NCBI GenBank assembly: GCA_963783375.1
Contig: CAWANH010000028.1
Span: 640,001-704,000 of the forward strand
Direction of reading: 5' to 3'
From: Candidatus Eiseniibacteriota bacterium
Lineage (GTDB): Bacteria; Eisenbacteria; RBG-16-71-46; JABDJR01
Length of the DNA: 64,000 nucleotides
Part shown: positions 38,306 to 48,293 of the stretch, piece by piece
Numbering within the stretch: position 1 is the stretch's first letter
Layout: the number at the start of each line of letters is the position of its first letter
The notes under the pieces: model-generated
Seen by the model: only the letters and a program-made list of their open reading frames with translations
Database searches by the model: none
What the model was told of the DNA's origin: nothing
Program-made: the position numbers and the translations under genes

Positions 38306-40315
38306 GGCGATAGACCCGGTCCCCTCCGGCCGTGTACACCGGCTCGAAGGCCTCGGGGCGGCGGGCCATGACGCTCGCGGCGGCGGCGACCCCGGGGTGG
38401 TCCGCCCCGCGCCAGATCACGAAAACCGGCCCGACACCGCTTTCGGCGAAGGCGCGGAGGTCCTTCAGCGCCGCCTCCTCACGCTCGGCGCCGCCGGGAG
38501 CGGGAAGCGCGGTTCCCCCCGGGCCGGGGACGCCGACCAGCACGTCCCGCACCTGCCGGCGCCTCGCCATATCCGCCGCATCGTACCCCCACTGGACGGC
38601 GTAGGTGTCGCGGCCGTAGTAGAGCCGCCGGCGGACCAGGACCAACAGCTCCACCCGCTCGGGGGTGTCGATCAGGACCGCGTCGGGGGGCGTGTGGTCG
38701 CGGAGCCACCCGGTGAGCTCCCGATCGTCTCCCCGAGAATCCGATGCCTCGGGCCCGGCCAGCTGCACCGCCAGGTAGAGACCGTTCACCGGCAGAAGGA
38801 CCGCCAGCGTCAGGGTCCAGGCCGCCACCCGCCGGCCCCGGGCGACGAGCCGGGCCCAGATTCCGGCCAGGGTCCACCCCGCGGCGACGGCGAGACCGAG
38901 GTAGAACGTGAAGCTCAGCTTGTCCGCGCTGTTCACCGCGGGAAGCACGATCACCACCGAGGCGATCATGAGCGCGAAGGTCAGGACCCGAAGCGCCCGC
39001 GCCCCCGGTTCGACGACGATGTGGAGGAGCGCCGGAAGCCCGAAGAGCAATGCGGCGGTGGAGGCGATCAGGATGGGGATCATCTCGGAGGAAATCCCCA
39101 GGGGGAAACCGCCTTCGGCCCGCCCCACCGTGGTCATGAGGAGAGGAGCGGCGGCCGCCGTCCCCGCGGCAACGGCGAGCGCGGTCCGGCCGAGCGCCCC
39201 CCGCGACACCGTCCCCGGCCGGGCCAGGAGCCAGAGCCCGGCCAGCTCCCCACCCAGCACCAGAGCCAGGCCCGCTCCGGGTTGCCATACCCAGACCCCG
39301 AACGCGGCCACGGCGGTCAGCCCCCCCGGCGCGCGCCGGAGCCTCGCCGGGCGGACACCATTCCCACCGCCCCCTCCAGCACCCAGGCCAACGCCGCCGC
39401 CGCCCCCCCGAACGCGGTCATGACCAGGAACTTGCTGAAGAACGCCGGCGGCGTCCCATAGGTCGAGGTGAAGTGCCACACCTGGCTGAAGGTGAAGGGG
39501 GAGAGGCTCAGGGCGCGCGCGACCTCGGCCCATCCCGCGGTGAGCCCCACCATGGCGAGGATCATCTTCAGGGGAATCCAGAGGTAGAACAGCGCGTCCA
39601 GCCCCAGGGGGACGAACACCGCGGCGAAGAACGCCTCGCGCCCGCTCCGTCCCGCCCGGCGGGACAGAGCGTGGGCCGCGCCGGCCAGGGAGACGATCCA
39701 GAGCGCGTCGAGCGTCCCCGCCAGCTCCCAGGGCGCGATCCGGGCCGCGCGGCTCCACACCGCGACCAGGGCCTGGAAGAGCCAGACGTAGTGAAGGGGA
39801 AAACCCGCGAAGTAGGGATCGCCGGGAGGAGCCCCACGGGCGAAGATCTCGAACACCACCGCGGAGTGGAACCAGGCGTCGCTCCTCAGCCCCCCACCCG
39901 GGCGAAGGATGGGCGCGGCCACCACCACGAGGGCCAGGAATCCCAACCACATCCCCAGCCGCCGCTCCCAGGGATCGGGCGGACGCGCCTCGGTTTGTTC
40001 CCGGGCCAGGGCGAGAACCGCCGCGGGGTATGCGACGGCGAGGATGAGCGTACCCGCCGGACCCGGGGCGAGCCCCGCCCAGAGGAGCGCGGTGGCCGCT
40101 GCCCCCGAGGCCACGGTGGAGAGGAATATCGCCCGGGCCGCCCGGACCACGCCCCGCTCCGCTGGAGCCAGGAACCGGGAGAGAACGATCCCCGGGGCGA
40201 GGCCGAACCCCACCAGCGCGCCGTACCACCCGGCCACCGGGACGCCGGTCGCGGCGAGCACGGCGGCGACCGCGCCGGCCAGCACCACGCCGAGAAGGGC
40301 CCGGCGCTCGTTCAT
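38265..40315 (-). pseudogene. GT-C-like membrane protein split by a frameshift in a G7 tract
   Basis: The 5' frame (SDAWFH..PPGDPYFAG..YVW) ends at 39317 and the 3' frame continues; one extra G at 39321-39327 restores 683 aa. Confidence 0.65.
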
Positions 40316-40444
40316 GGCGTCATCTCGAGACCGCCCGAAGCGGGATTAAGCCGTTGACCTGCATAAGTGCCCGAAATACTATCGGGTTACTCTTCGGTCT
40401 CCCAGGGTTTCTTGCGCTGGGAATCCTCGCCAAAGGTGGTTTTC

Positions 40445-40891
40445 ATGACACGCGCAATCAGCGTCCTGATCGGGGTGGTGCTTCTGCTGGGGGTGGGCTG
40501 GTACGTGGGCCACCGGCCCGGCGCGGGGCTCTCCGAGCAGCTTGCCACCCTTCAAGAGGAATGCGCCCAGCGGAGCGCCCAATTGGAGCAGCGGGCACAG
40601 ACCGCCGAAGCCCGGGGCTATCTCTGGCAGGCCCGGGCCGAACTGCTCCTGGCCTCCCACGACGTGGAGGAACGGAACTTCGGCACGGCCGGCGAGCGGG
40701 CGTCCCGGGCGCACGACCTCATCACCGAGGCGGCCGGGATCCCGAGCATCACCATGGATTTGAAACAGGTTCAGGATATGGTCAACTCCGCGGCGGGGAA
40801 GGTTGCGGCACTCGATCCCGAGGCCGGCGACATCCTGATTCGCGCCGCCTCCGAGCTGGGCCGACTCCTGGAGAAGACCGGCCAAGCCTGA
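40445..40891 (+). CDS. Membrane-anchored coiled-coil hypothetical protein
   Basis: N-terminal TM helix and helical body (ERNFGTA). Confidence 0.7.
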   Translation: MTRAISVLIGVVLLLGVGWYVGHRPGAGLSEQLATLQEECAQRSAQLEQRAQTAEARGYLWQARAELLLASHDVEERNFGTAGERASRAHDLITEAAGIPSITMDLKQVQDMVNSAAGKVAALDPEAGDILIRAASELGRLLEKTGQA

Positions 40892-40935
40892 TTCCTGCCG
40901 TTCACGAGGCGCCGCCCGCGGCGCCGGGAGCCCTT

Positions 40936-41397
40936 GTGCGACTACTGGACTACCTGGACCCCGAATGCGTTCGCGTGGACCCGTCCAAGCTGGACAAGGA
41001 GTCCACCCTCCGTTTTCTGGTGGACCTCGTGGTGGAGCAGGGCGTGGTTCGGGACGCGGACCGGCTCCTGGAGGCGCTTCGCCGCCGGGAGGAGGTGGTC
41101 TCGACCGGGGTGGGGAACGGGGTGGCCATCCCCCACGCCGATCTCCCGGAGATCGAGGCCCCGCGGCTCGCCCTCGGTATCTTTCCCAACGGAGTGGACT
41201 TCGACGCGCTGGACGAGGAGCCGGTCTACTCGGTGTTCCTCCTCCTCGGCACCCCGCGCACCCCGGGGCTCCACATGAAGATCCTGGCCCGGATCGCCCG
41301 CCTCAGCAAGGACACGGAATTCTCCGACGGCCTTCGTAGCGCCAAGGACGCCCGGGCGGCGCTGGAAACCCTCGAACGGGTGGAATCCCGGCATTAG
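40936..41397 (+). CDS. PTS EIIA (Ntr/Fru-type) protein
   Basis: RREEVVSTGVGNGVAIPH phospho-His motif, GVDFDALD. Confidence 0.9.
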   Translation: MRLLDYLDPECVRVDPSKLDKESTLRFLVDLVVEQGVVRDADRLLEALRRREEVVSTGVGNGVAIPHADLPEIEAPRLALGIFPNGVDFDALDEEPVYSVFLLLGTPRTPGLHMKILARIARLSKDTEFSDGLRSAKDARAALETLERVESRH

Positions 41398-41406
41398 GAG
41401 ACCGGC

Positions 41407-41748
41407 GTGAAACTCTTCGTCTACATCCTCAACCGGCCGGAGAAGCTCGAGGAGATCATGGCCGGTTTCGTGGAGATCGGCATCACCGGGGCCACGATCG
41501 TGGACAGCGTCGGCATGGGGCGCATCCTGTCCCGCGACGTGCCGATCTTCGCCGGGTTCCAATCGCTCCTGAGCGGAAGCCGTCCCTACAACAAGACCAT
41601 CCTCTCGGTGGTGGACGACGACGACAAAGTGGAACGCGCTCTGCGTCTGATCGAGGAGCTGTGCGGCTCCTTCGATGACGCGGGGGCGGGAATCGCCTTC
41701 ACCCTGCCGCTGGATCGTGTCCACGGGTTGAAGCCCGAGATTCGCTGA
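41407..41748 (+). CDS. P-II-like signalling protein
   Basis: GITGATIVDSVGMG, GAGIAFTLP. Confidence 0.8.
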   Translation: MKLFVYILNRPEKLEEIMAGFVEIGITGATIVDSVGMGRILSRDVPIFAGFQSLLSGSRPYNKTILSVVDDDDKVERALRLIEELCGSFDDAGAGIAFTLPLDRVHGLKPEIR

Positions 41749-41773
41749 GAACGACCCCCGGAATCCGGAGGCC

Positions 41774-42988
41774 ATGAACGCTCTCGTCGCCCTCATCCTC
41801 ATCGGCGCCCTCGGCTTGCTCTTCGGCCGGTTCCTCTTTCTGCGCCCGCGTCCGGGCTCCTGGCTCGACCGCTTCTTCCTGTCCGGCGCCGAATTCCTGG
41901 TGTTGGGGGCCCTGATCGGTCCCCACGGCTTCGGCGTGCTGGATCTGACCGCGCTCCTGAAGCTCGAGCCGTTCGTGGTCCTGGCCCTCTCCTGGGTGGG
42001 GCTTCTCTTGGGGGTCCAGCTCCGGTTCCGCTACCTCGCCCGGTTCCCGTTCCGCTACTTCCAGGTGGCCTTCCTGGAGAGCACGGTGGCCCTGCTCGCG
42101 GCCTTCGCCCTCATGGGGTTGGTGTTCTCGATCTGGACCCCGGTGGGCGCGGGGATGCTCGACCGGTGGCGGGCGGCCCTGTGCCTGGGGGCGGTGGCGG
42201 CGTTGAGTTCGCCCACCGAGGCCGCGCTGCACAATCCCGGCGTCTCCCACGCGGGACACGCGGCCGGGCTCCTGCGCTTCGTCCCCGCCGTCGATCCCCT
42301 GGTGGCGTTGGCCGGCCTCGCCGCCCTCTTCGGTTTCTGGCACGTCTCGCTGCAGTCTCCGGGGGCGCTTCTGGGAGCCTGGGGCTGGATTGCGGCCTCG
42401 GTGGGGGGAGGGGCGGTGCTGGGGGCGGCCTTCCTTCTCCTGCTCCGGCCGGCCCGGGATCCGGACGAGGTGGTGCTGGTGGTGCTGGGGATGGCGCTCT
42501 TCTCCGGGGGTCTGGCCTCGGTCTTCCATCTCTCCCCCCTGGTGGTGTGCCTGGTCGAGGGGTTGGTGATCGGGAACTGGCGCCAGGAGGAGGGGCGGCT
42601 GATCCACATGTTCCTCCGCCTGGAGCGGCCGCTCTACATCGCGCTCCTGGTCCTGGCCGGGGCGGCGTGGCGCTTCGACGAACCCTGGGGGTACGTCCTG
42701 GCCGGGATGTTTCTTGCCGTGCGGGTGGCGGCCAAATTCCTGGGAACCCGCATCGCGTTGACCCTGACCCCGCTCCCCTTCCGGCCCCCGGAACGCTGGT
42801 GGCTGGGGCTGCTTCCCCAGGGGGCGATGGCGGTGGCGCTGGCGGTGAGCTACTTCGTGGTGTACCGGGATCCTCTGGCCGAGCGTGTGTTCTCCGCGGT
42901 GCTGGTGAGCACGGTGCTGTTGACCCTGGTGTCGGGGCGCCTGGTGCAACGGGCGCTGGAAACCGACTCCGAGGGACCGGCGCAGTGA
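41774..42988 (+). CDS. Cation:proton antiporter family protein (divergent)
   Basis: GALIGPHGFG, about 12 TM helices, GLLPQG. Confidence 0.75.
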   Translation: MNALVALILIGALGLLFGRFLFLRPRPGSWLDRFFLSGAEFLVLGALIGPHGFGVLDLTALLKLEPFVVLALSWVGLLLGVQLRFRYLARFPFRYFQVAFLESTVALLAAFALMGLVFSIWTPVGAGMLDRWRAALCLGAVAALSSPTEAALHNPGVSHAGHAAGLLRFVPAVDPLVALAGLAALFGFWHVSLQSPGALLGAWGWIAASVGGGAVLGAAFLLLLRPARDPDEVVLVVLGMALFSGGLASVFHLSPLVVCLVEGLVIGNWRQEEGRLIHMFLRLERPLYIALLVLAGAAWRFDEPWGYVLAGMFLAVRVAAKFLGTRIALTLTPLPFRPPERWWLGLLPQGAMAVALAVSYFVVYRDPLAERVFSAVLVSTVLLTLVSGRLVQRALETDSEGPAQ

Positions 42989-43013
42989 GGCGGGCCGGCG
43001 GGGGGACCCGGGG

Positions 43014-44366
43014 TTGAGCCGGGTATCGAGATGGGCGACCGGGGCCTCGGTGAGCCGGCTCTACGCCGCACTCCTCCTGGTGGGGCTCATGGCCCTGGCC
43101 CGCTGGAACCCCCTCCGGGACCTGGGCGACCTCGGCCACCAGGCCACGGTGAGCCTCGGATTCGTGCTCATCTTCGGCTACCTGGCCGGACACCTCGCGC
43201 GCATGGTCCGCCTCCCCCGGATCACCGGCTACATCCTGGCCGGGATCCTGTGCGGCCCGTACCTGGGCGGCTTTCTGACCCAGCCGGTGGTGAAGGGACT
43301 ACAGCTCATCGACGACCTCGCCCTGGCGTTGATCGCCTTCACCGCGGGAGGCGAGCTTCGGTTGGAGAGCATCCGCCCCCGGCTGAAGAGCATCCTCACC
43401 ATCACCGTCATGCAGACCGGGGTGGTTTTCGTGGGCATGATCGCGGCGGTCGTGGCCCTGGCCGGCGCCCTTCCGTTCCTGGACGGAAAGCCCTTCGTCT
43501 CCGTGCTCGCCGTCGCGTTCCTGTTCGGTCTCTTCGGGGTTGCGAACTCCCCGGCCACCGCGGTGGCCATCATCAACGAGTACCGCTCCCGGGGCCCCTT
43601 CACCGACACCGTCCTCGGGGTCACCGTGCTCAAGGACGTGGTGGTGCTGATCCTCATCACCCTCATCCTCCCCCTGATCCGGGTGATGGTGGTCCCCGCC
43701 GCGAGTTTCGACGTCCACTTCATCCTCGACCTGGCGTGGGAGATCGGGGGGTCTCTGGTGGGAGGGGTGATCCTGGGCCTCCTGGTCACCCAGTACATGC
43801 GGGGGGTGGGGGCGGTCCTCCCGCTCTTCATCGTGGGGGTGTCGATCCTGGTCTCCCAGGTGGCCCGTCAGTTCCATCTCGAGGCGCTTCTCCTCTGCAT
43901 GGTGGCGGGGTTCGTGATCGAGAACACCACCAGCTACGGCGATCGCTTCATCCAGGCCATCGAGCGGAGCGCGCTCCCGGTCTACGTGGTGTTCTTCGCC
44001 ATCGGCGGCGCGTCGCTCGACCTGGGCGCGGTGCGGATCACCTGGATGGTCACCCTGATCCTGGTGGTGTGGCGGGCGGTCCTGATCCTGGGGGCCACCG
44101 CCTGGGGAGAGCGCCTCTCCGGAGGGAAGAACGCGCCGGTGATGCGGCTGGGCTGGCTCGGGTTCCTGGCCCAGGCCGGGGTCACTCTCGGGCTGGCCTC
44201 CATCGTGGCCCGGAAGTTTCCGGACTGGGGTCCCGACGTGAAGATGATCGCCCTGGCGCTGATCGCGGTGAACCAGATCGTGGGACCGGTGGGATTCCGG
44301 TTCGCCATCCTCCGGAGCGGGGAATCGCGGGCGGAGGAAAACCGGGAGGCCGCGGGCGAGGTTTGA
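43014..44366 (+). CDS. Cation:proton antiporter family protein
   Basis: LPRITGYILAG, SPAT, LKDV, QAGVTLGL. Confidence 0.85.
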   Translation: MSRVSRWATGASVSRLYAALLLVGLMALARWNPLRDLGDLGHQATVSLGFVLIFGYLAGHLARMVRLPRITGYILAGILCGPYLGGFLTQPVVKGLQLIDDLALALIAFTAGGELRLESIRPRLKSILTITVMQTGVVFVGMIAAVVALAGALPFLDGKPFVSVLAVAFLFGLFGVANSPATAVAIINEYRSRGPFTDTVLGVTVLKDVVVLILITLILPLIRVMVVPAASFDVHFILDLAWEIGGSLVGGVILGLLVTQYMRGVGAVLPLFIVGVSILVSQVARQFHLEALLLCMVAGFVIENTTSYGDRFIQAIERSALPVYVVFFAIGGASLDLGAVRITWMVTLILVVWRAVLILGATAWGERLSGGKNAPVMRLGWLGFLAQAGVTLGLASIVARKFPDWGPDVKMIALALIAVNQIVGPVGFRFAILRSGESRAEENREAAGEV

Positions 44367-44444
44367 CACGCCCCTCCCCAGGGGCTAATCTGTTCGCGTT
44401 TCACCGAATAGACGCAAACCGCTCGCCGGGTGAGGACCCTCCCC

Positions 44445-45080
44445 ATGATGGATCGAAACGCAGGATCGCCCTCCCACGGGGACGGGCCGGGGACCGAAGA
44501 CGCCCAGTCCGGGCGCCTGAGCCGTTTCCTGGCTCTGGTCCTCCGGCACCGGGCCCACCAGTTCCAGCTTACGGTCGACGACGAGGGGTTCGTGGCCATC
44601 GAGCCGCTCCTGGAACTCGCCCACACGCGCCAGGGTCTGGAAGAGGTGAGCCGGGCGGATCTCGAGGCCCTGGCCGACAAGCCGGGTCGCAAGCGTTTCG
44701 AGATCACCGGGGAGTCCATCCGCGCCACCTACGGCCATTCGTTTCATCGCCCCATCCGCTATCCGGACGCGTCGCCCCCCGAGCGGCTGTACCTGGCCGT
44801 GCCCCGCTCCCAGCTCCCGGACATCCGGCTTCAGGGGCTCCGGCCCGAGGGGCGCCAGTACGTCCACCTCTCCGAAGAGCGGGAAGAGGCCGAGGAGGTG
44901 GGGCGGCACAAGTCCACCGAGGTCACGGTGGTGGAGGTGCTGGCCCGCGAGGCGTCGGAGAACGGCATCCCGTTCCATCGGCCCACCGACGGGCTCTACC
45001 TGGCCGCGCAGGTTCCCGCCCGCTTCCTCGACGTCGAAGTGCGCTTCGGTCGGAAGCCGCGGAAGGGTCGCCGGCGCTAG
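44445..45080 (+). CDS. kptA: RNA 2'-phosphotransferase Tpt1/KptA family
   Basis: LSRFLALVLRH, KRF, IRATYGHS, RQYVHLS. Confidence 0.85.
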   Translation: MMDRNAGSPSHGDGPGTEDAQSGRLSRFLALVLRHRAHQFQLTVDDEGFVAIEPLLELAHTRQGLEEVSRADLEALADKPGRKRFEITGESIRATYGHSFHRPIRYPDASPPERLYLAVPRSQLPDIRLQGLRPEGRQYVHLSEEREEAEEVGRHKSTEVTVVEVLAREASENGIPFHRPTDGLYLAAQVPARFLDVEVRFGRKPRKGRRR

Positions 45081-45284
45081 CGTCCCGCCCCGGCCGGTCG
45101 TGATCCAGACAGACGATCCGGTCGGTCATATATGGGGCCGGCCTCCGGAGTCTCCCCCGATTCCGCCGACGTTTCCCGCGTCGCATCCTTTCCGTGGATT
45201 TGCCGATGCCAAATATTGAATTAGGCTCACCCCGGGCGGATCCCGATAATGGGGGTGTATCAAGGGAAGACGGGAAGGGTGGTT

Positions 45285-45590
45285 GGAAAAGCCCGGGGAG
45301 AGAAAACCCCGGTCCCGGGCCCTGAACGGAGCGGGCAAGGGTGGTGCGGGGGATGTGAGGTTTCGTTCGGGCTCTCGACTCCCGAACTCTGGGTGGTAGA
45401 GGTGCGGTGGGGTGGTGACGGGTGGTGCGGTGCGGGGTGGTGATGGGATGCCTCCTCGGGGCCCGGGTAGATAGAAAGGGACGCTGACCCAGCCTTTCAG
45501 GATTCGTTCGGGGGTTCAAACCCCTGACGAGCCGAAGCCGGGCAAAGGGCAAGAAAGGCAGGCGTCCCTTTCTCTTTGCCGTTACAGACG
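45285..45590 (-). ncRNA. Candidate sRNA: long hairpin followed by repeated ACCACCC motifs
   Basis: TACAAT -10 at 45597-45602, 12-bp perfect inverted repeat, repeated motif, hairpin plus TTTT end. Confidence 0.4.
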
Positions 45591-46029
45591 ACAAGAATTG
45601 TATGGTTGCATTCATATTCAGACTTCGCGATCTAAATAGTGTTCATAATCCTGTATTTCGCATAGCGGGATTCTGAATTGGCCATCCGACCGATTTGCCG
45701 TCACCATACTGTCAAGTCGGGGTGAGACAACCTCGACTGCGGGCCCTGATAAACCGGGACTGGAAGAGCGGACGCAGGAGTTCGGGACGTTCAGGAGGTT
45801 CGCCTCCTGAAAACGGGATGCATGGGGGTACCGTCCCGAACGGGATGCCGAGGAGACCTCGACACCCGGTTTGCCGCAAGGCAGGGGCCCGCAAATTTTT
45901 TGCCCAAAATCATGGTTTTTACTTTTATAGCATGAAATCGCAATCGGGGCGGCGGTCCTCGAATCTCCCTTGGCCCGTCCAGCGCGCCGCCCGTGACGCG
46001 CCGCTCCGACCGGAGATGCCGGCCGCCGG

Positions 46030-47241
46030 CTACTCCGCGTAGCTGATGCGGTAGATCGCCCCCGCGCGATCGTCGGAGACCAGGAGCGCCCCGTCCGGCA
46101 TGACCTGGACGTCCACCGGCCGCCCCCAGGCCTGGGCTCCCTGGAGCCACCCCCGGGCGAAAACGTCGTAGCTCACCGCCTCGCCGTTCTCCACCCGGAC
46201 CGCGGTCACCCGGTAGCCGATGGGCCGGGAACGGTTCCAGGAGCCGTGCTCGGCGATGAAGACCGCGTTCCGGTACGCCTCGGGAAACATGCGCCCGGTG
46301 TAGAAGCGCATGCCCAGGGACGCCACGTGGGGCCCGAGTTCCCGGGCCGCCGGGGTGAACTCCGAGCAACGGTGTCCGGAGCCGTACTGGGGATCGGGGA
46401 TCTCCCGGCCGTAGCAGTGGGGAAACCCGAAGTTCATGCCCGGCTTGGGGGCATGGTTGAGCTCGTCGGGGGGGACGTCGTCGCCCATCCAGTCACGCCC
46501 GTTGTCGGTGAACCAGAGGTCCCCGGTCCGGGGATCCCAGTCGAAGCCCACCGAGTTCCGGATCCCCCGGGCGTAGACCTCCCAGTCGCTCCCGTCGGGG
46601 TTCATCCGGGTGATCGACGCGTAGGGGTCTCCCCGGTCGCACACGTTGCAGGGCGCGCCGACCGGCACGTAGAGCTTCCCGTCGGGACCGAACCGTATGA
46701 ACTTCCAGCCGTGGGAGCGGTCGGCGGGAAAGACGTCGCTCACGGTGACCGGAGCGGGGGGGGCCTCCAGGCGGGCCTCGATGTCGTCGTAGCGAATGAC
46801 CCGGCCGATCTCCGCGACGTAGAGCGCGCCGTCGTGAACCGCCACCCCGTTGGGGGTGTCCAGCCCCTCGGCGATCACCCACGTCCGGTCCGCCCGGCCG
46901 TCCCGGTTGGTATCCCGGACCGCGTAGACCCGGTCCTCGCCCCGGGTGCCCACGAAGAGGGTCCCGCCCGGCCCGAGAGCCATCGAGCGGGCTCCGGGAA
47001 GACCGGCGGCGTAAACCGCGATCCGAAACCCCGGGGGAAGCTGGACCCGGTCGAGGGGCAGGTCGCCCCGGGCAGCCGACGCGGCGTCGCCTCGGGAATC
47101 GGCTTGGGAACAGGCCAGGGCGGACAGGGTGAGGACCGCGATCAGGAGCGCCGCGTGCCGCAGTGATCCGCCCGGGGTCCTGGACCACGCCGTGCGCCGT
47201 CCCGGACCGGCAGTCGCTCCGAACGGCGCCGCCCGTCGCAT
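46030..47241 (-). CDS. PQQ-dependent sugar/sorbosone dehydrogenase family protein
   Basis: HGWK, GAPCNVC, GIRNSVGF, HGSWNR, GRPVDV. Confidence 0.9.
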   Translation of the reverse strand: MRRAAPFGATAGPGRRTAWSRTPGGSLRHAALLIAVLTLSALACSQADSRGDAASAARGDLPLDRVQLPPGFRIAVYAAGLPGARSMALGPGGTLFVGTRGEDRVYAVRDTNRDGRADRTWVIAEGLDTPNGVAVHDGALYVAEIGRVIRYDDIEARLEAPPAPVTVSDVFPADRSHGWKFIRFGPDGKLYVPVGAPCNVCDRGDPYASITRMNPDGSDWEVYARGIRNSVGFDWDPRTGDLWFTDNGRDWMGDDVPPDELNHAPKPGMNFGFPHCYGREIPDPQYGSGHRCSEFTPAARELGPHVASLGMRFYTGRMFPEAYRNAVFIAEHGSWNRSRPIGYRVTAVRVENGEAVSYDVFARGWLQGAQAWGRPVDVQVMPDGALLVSDDRAGAIYRISYAE

Positions 47242-48032
47242 CAGTCCTCCGATCCGCGGAAGAGGGTGAGGAAGGCGTTCACCAGGGACTCGTGGCCGGC
47301 CACCAGGTGGGAGCTTTCCCGGGTGATATCCCGGGCCTCGTGATCCACCATGATCCCGCCCGCCTCCTCGATGAGCATCCAGCCGCCGGCGATGTCCCAC
47401 CAGGCCTGGGGGGTCGCCTTCCCCGCGAAGAGCAGGTCGAACCGGCCGGCGGCCACGTAGGCCAGCTCCAGGGCGATGGTGCCGAGCTTCCGGGTCTTGG
47501 AGAACCGGCGGTGGAGCTGGTGGACGAAGCCGATCTTCCGGAGGAACTGCCCCTCCGCCGAGGTCTGCATGCTGAGGGCGGCCTGGTCGATGTCCCGGAC
47601 GTCGCTCAAGGTGATGGGCTTCGATCCGAGCCAGGCGCCGGCGCCTCGGAAGGCGTGGAAGTGCTCCTCACGCAGCGGGTCCATGACGTGCCCCACGACC
47701 GGCTTCCCGCGCTGGACCGCCCCGATCGAGATCGAGAAGATCGGGATCCCCCGGGTGAAGTTCAGGGTGCCGTCGATGGGATCGATGAACCAGATCGTCT
47801 CGGCGTCGCCCTCGGTGTGGCCGGTCTCCTCGCCGATGATGGCGTGATCGGGCCAGGCGCCGAGGATCGCCTCCACCGCCGCCTTCTCGATGGCCCGATC
47901 GGTCGCGGTCACCGGCTGGCCCGGCGACTTGTACATCACCGGGCCGGGGTTCTCGAATCCTTCCCGAGCCATGGCGGCGAGCCGGGGCATGAGCCGGGTC
48001 AGGAAGGCGTCCATCTCGCGGGGATCGGTCAC
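47241..48032 (-). CDS. Inositol monophosphatase family protein
   Basis: IGEE, WFIDPIDGTLNF, WDIAGG. Confidence 0.9.
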   Translation of the reverse strand: MTDPREMDAFLTRLMPRLAAMAREGFENPGPVMYKSPGQPVTATDRAIEKAAVEAILGAWPDHAIIGEETGHTEGDAETIWFIDPIDGTLNFTRGIPIFSISIGAVQRGKPVVGHVMDPLREEHFHAFRGAGAWLGSKPITLSDVRDIDQAALSMQTSAEGQFLRKIGFVHQLHRRFSKTRKLGTIALELAYVAAGRFDLLFAGKATPQAWWDIAGGWMLIEEAGGIMVDHEARDITRESSHLVAGHESLVNAFLTLFRGSED

Positions 48033-48293
48033 GCAATGCTCCTCTCGGGGGTTCCTGGGCCCGGGTCGGGTCGTCGGCGCCCGGGTCGTCGACGGGCCGC
48101 GCCGTCGACGCGCCGGGCGGATCGGGGCCCGGCTCGGCCCCGGATCGGCCGGCCGGCTCCGGACCGGGGTTAATCCTATACGAAATCGCGGGGAGCGGCT
48201 CGGGGGTCGCCGACCGGGCGCCTCGGCTCCGGGCGGCGGCGCCGCCCGCCTGACCGAGGCCTTGGAGGGGCGCGCAGCGGGGCCGGTGCGGGC

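Noticed and set aside
45170-45205. Minus-strand GGCAAA..GAAA..GACGC resembling a c-di-GMP-I riboswitch
   Set aside because: The GCAAAG and second stem are missing and no gene lies downstream in that orientation.
45505-45530. GGGGTTCAAACCCC resembling a tRNA T-arm or Sec anticodon arm
   Set aside because: No acceptor stem, D-arm or CCA; it is the tip of a long hairpin.
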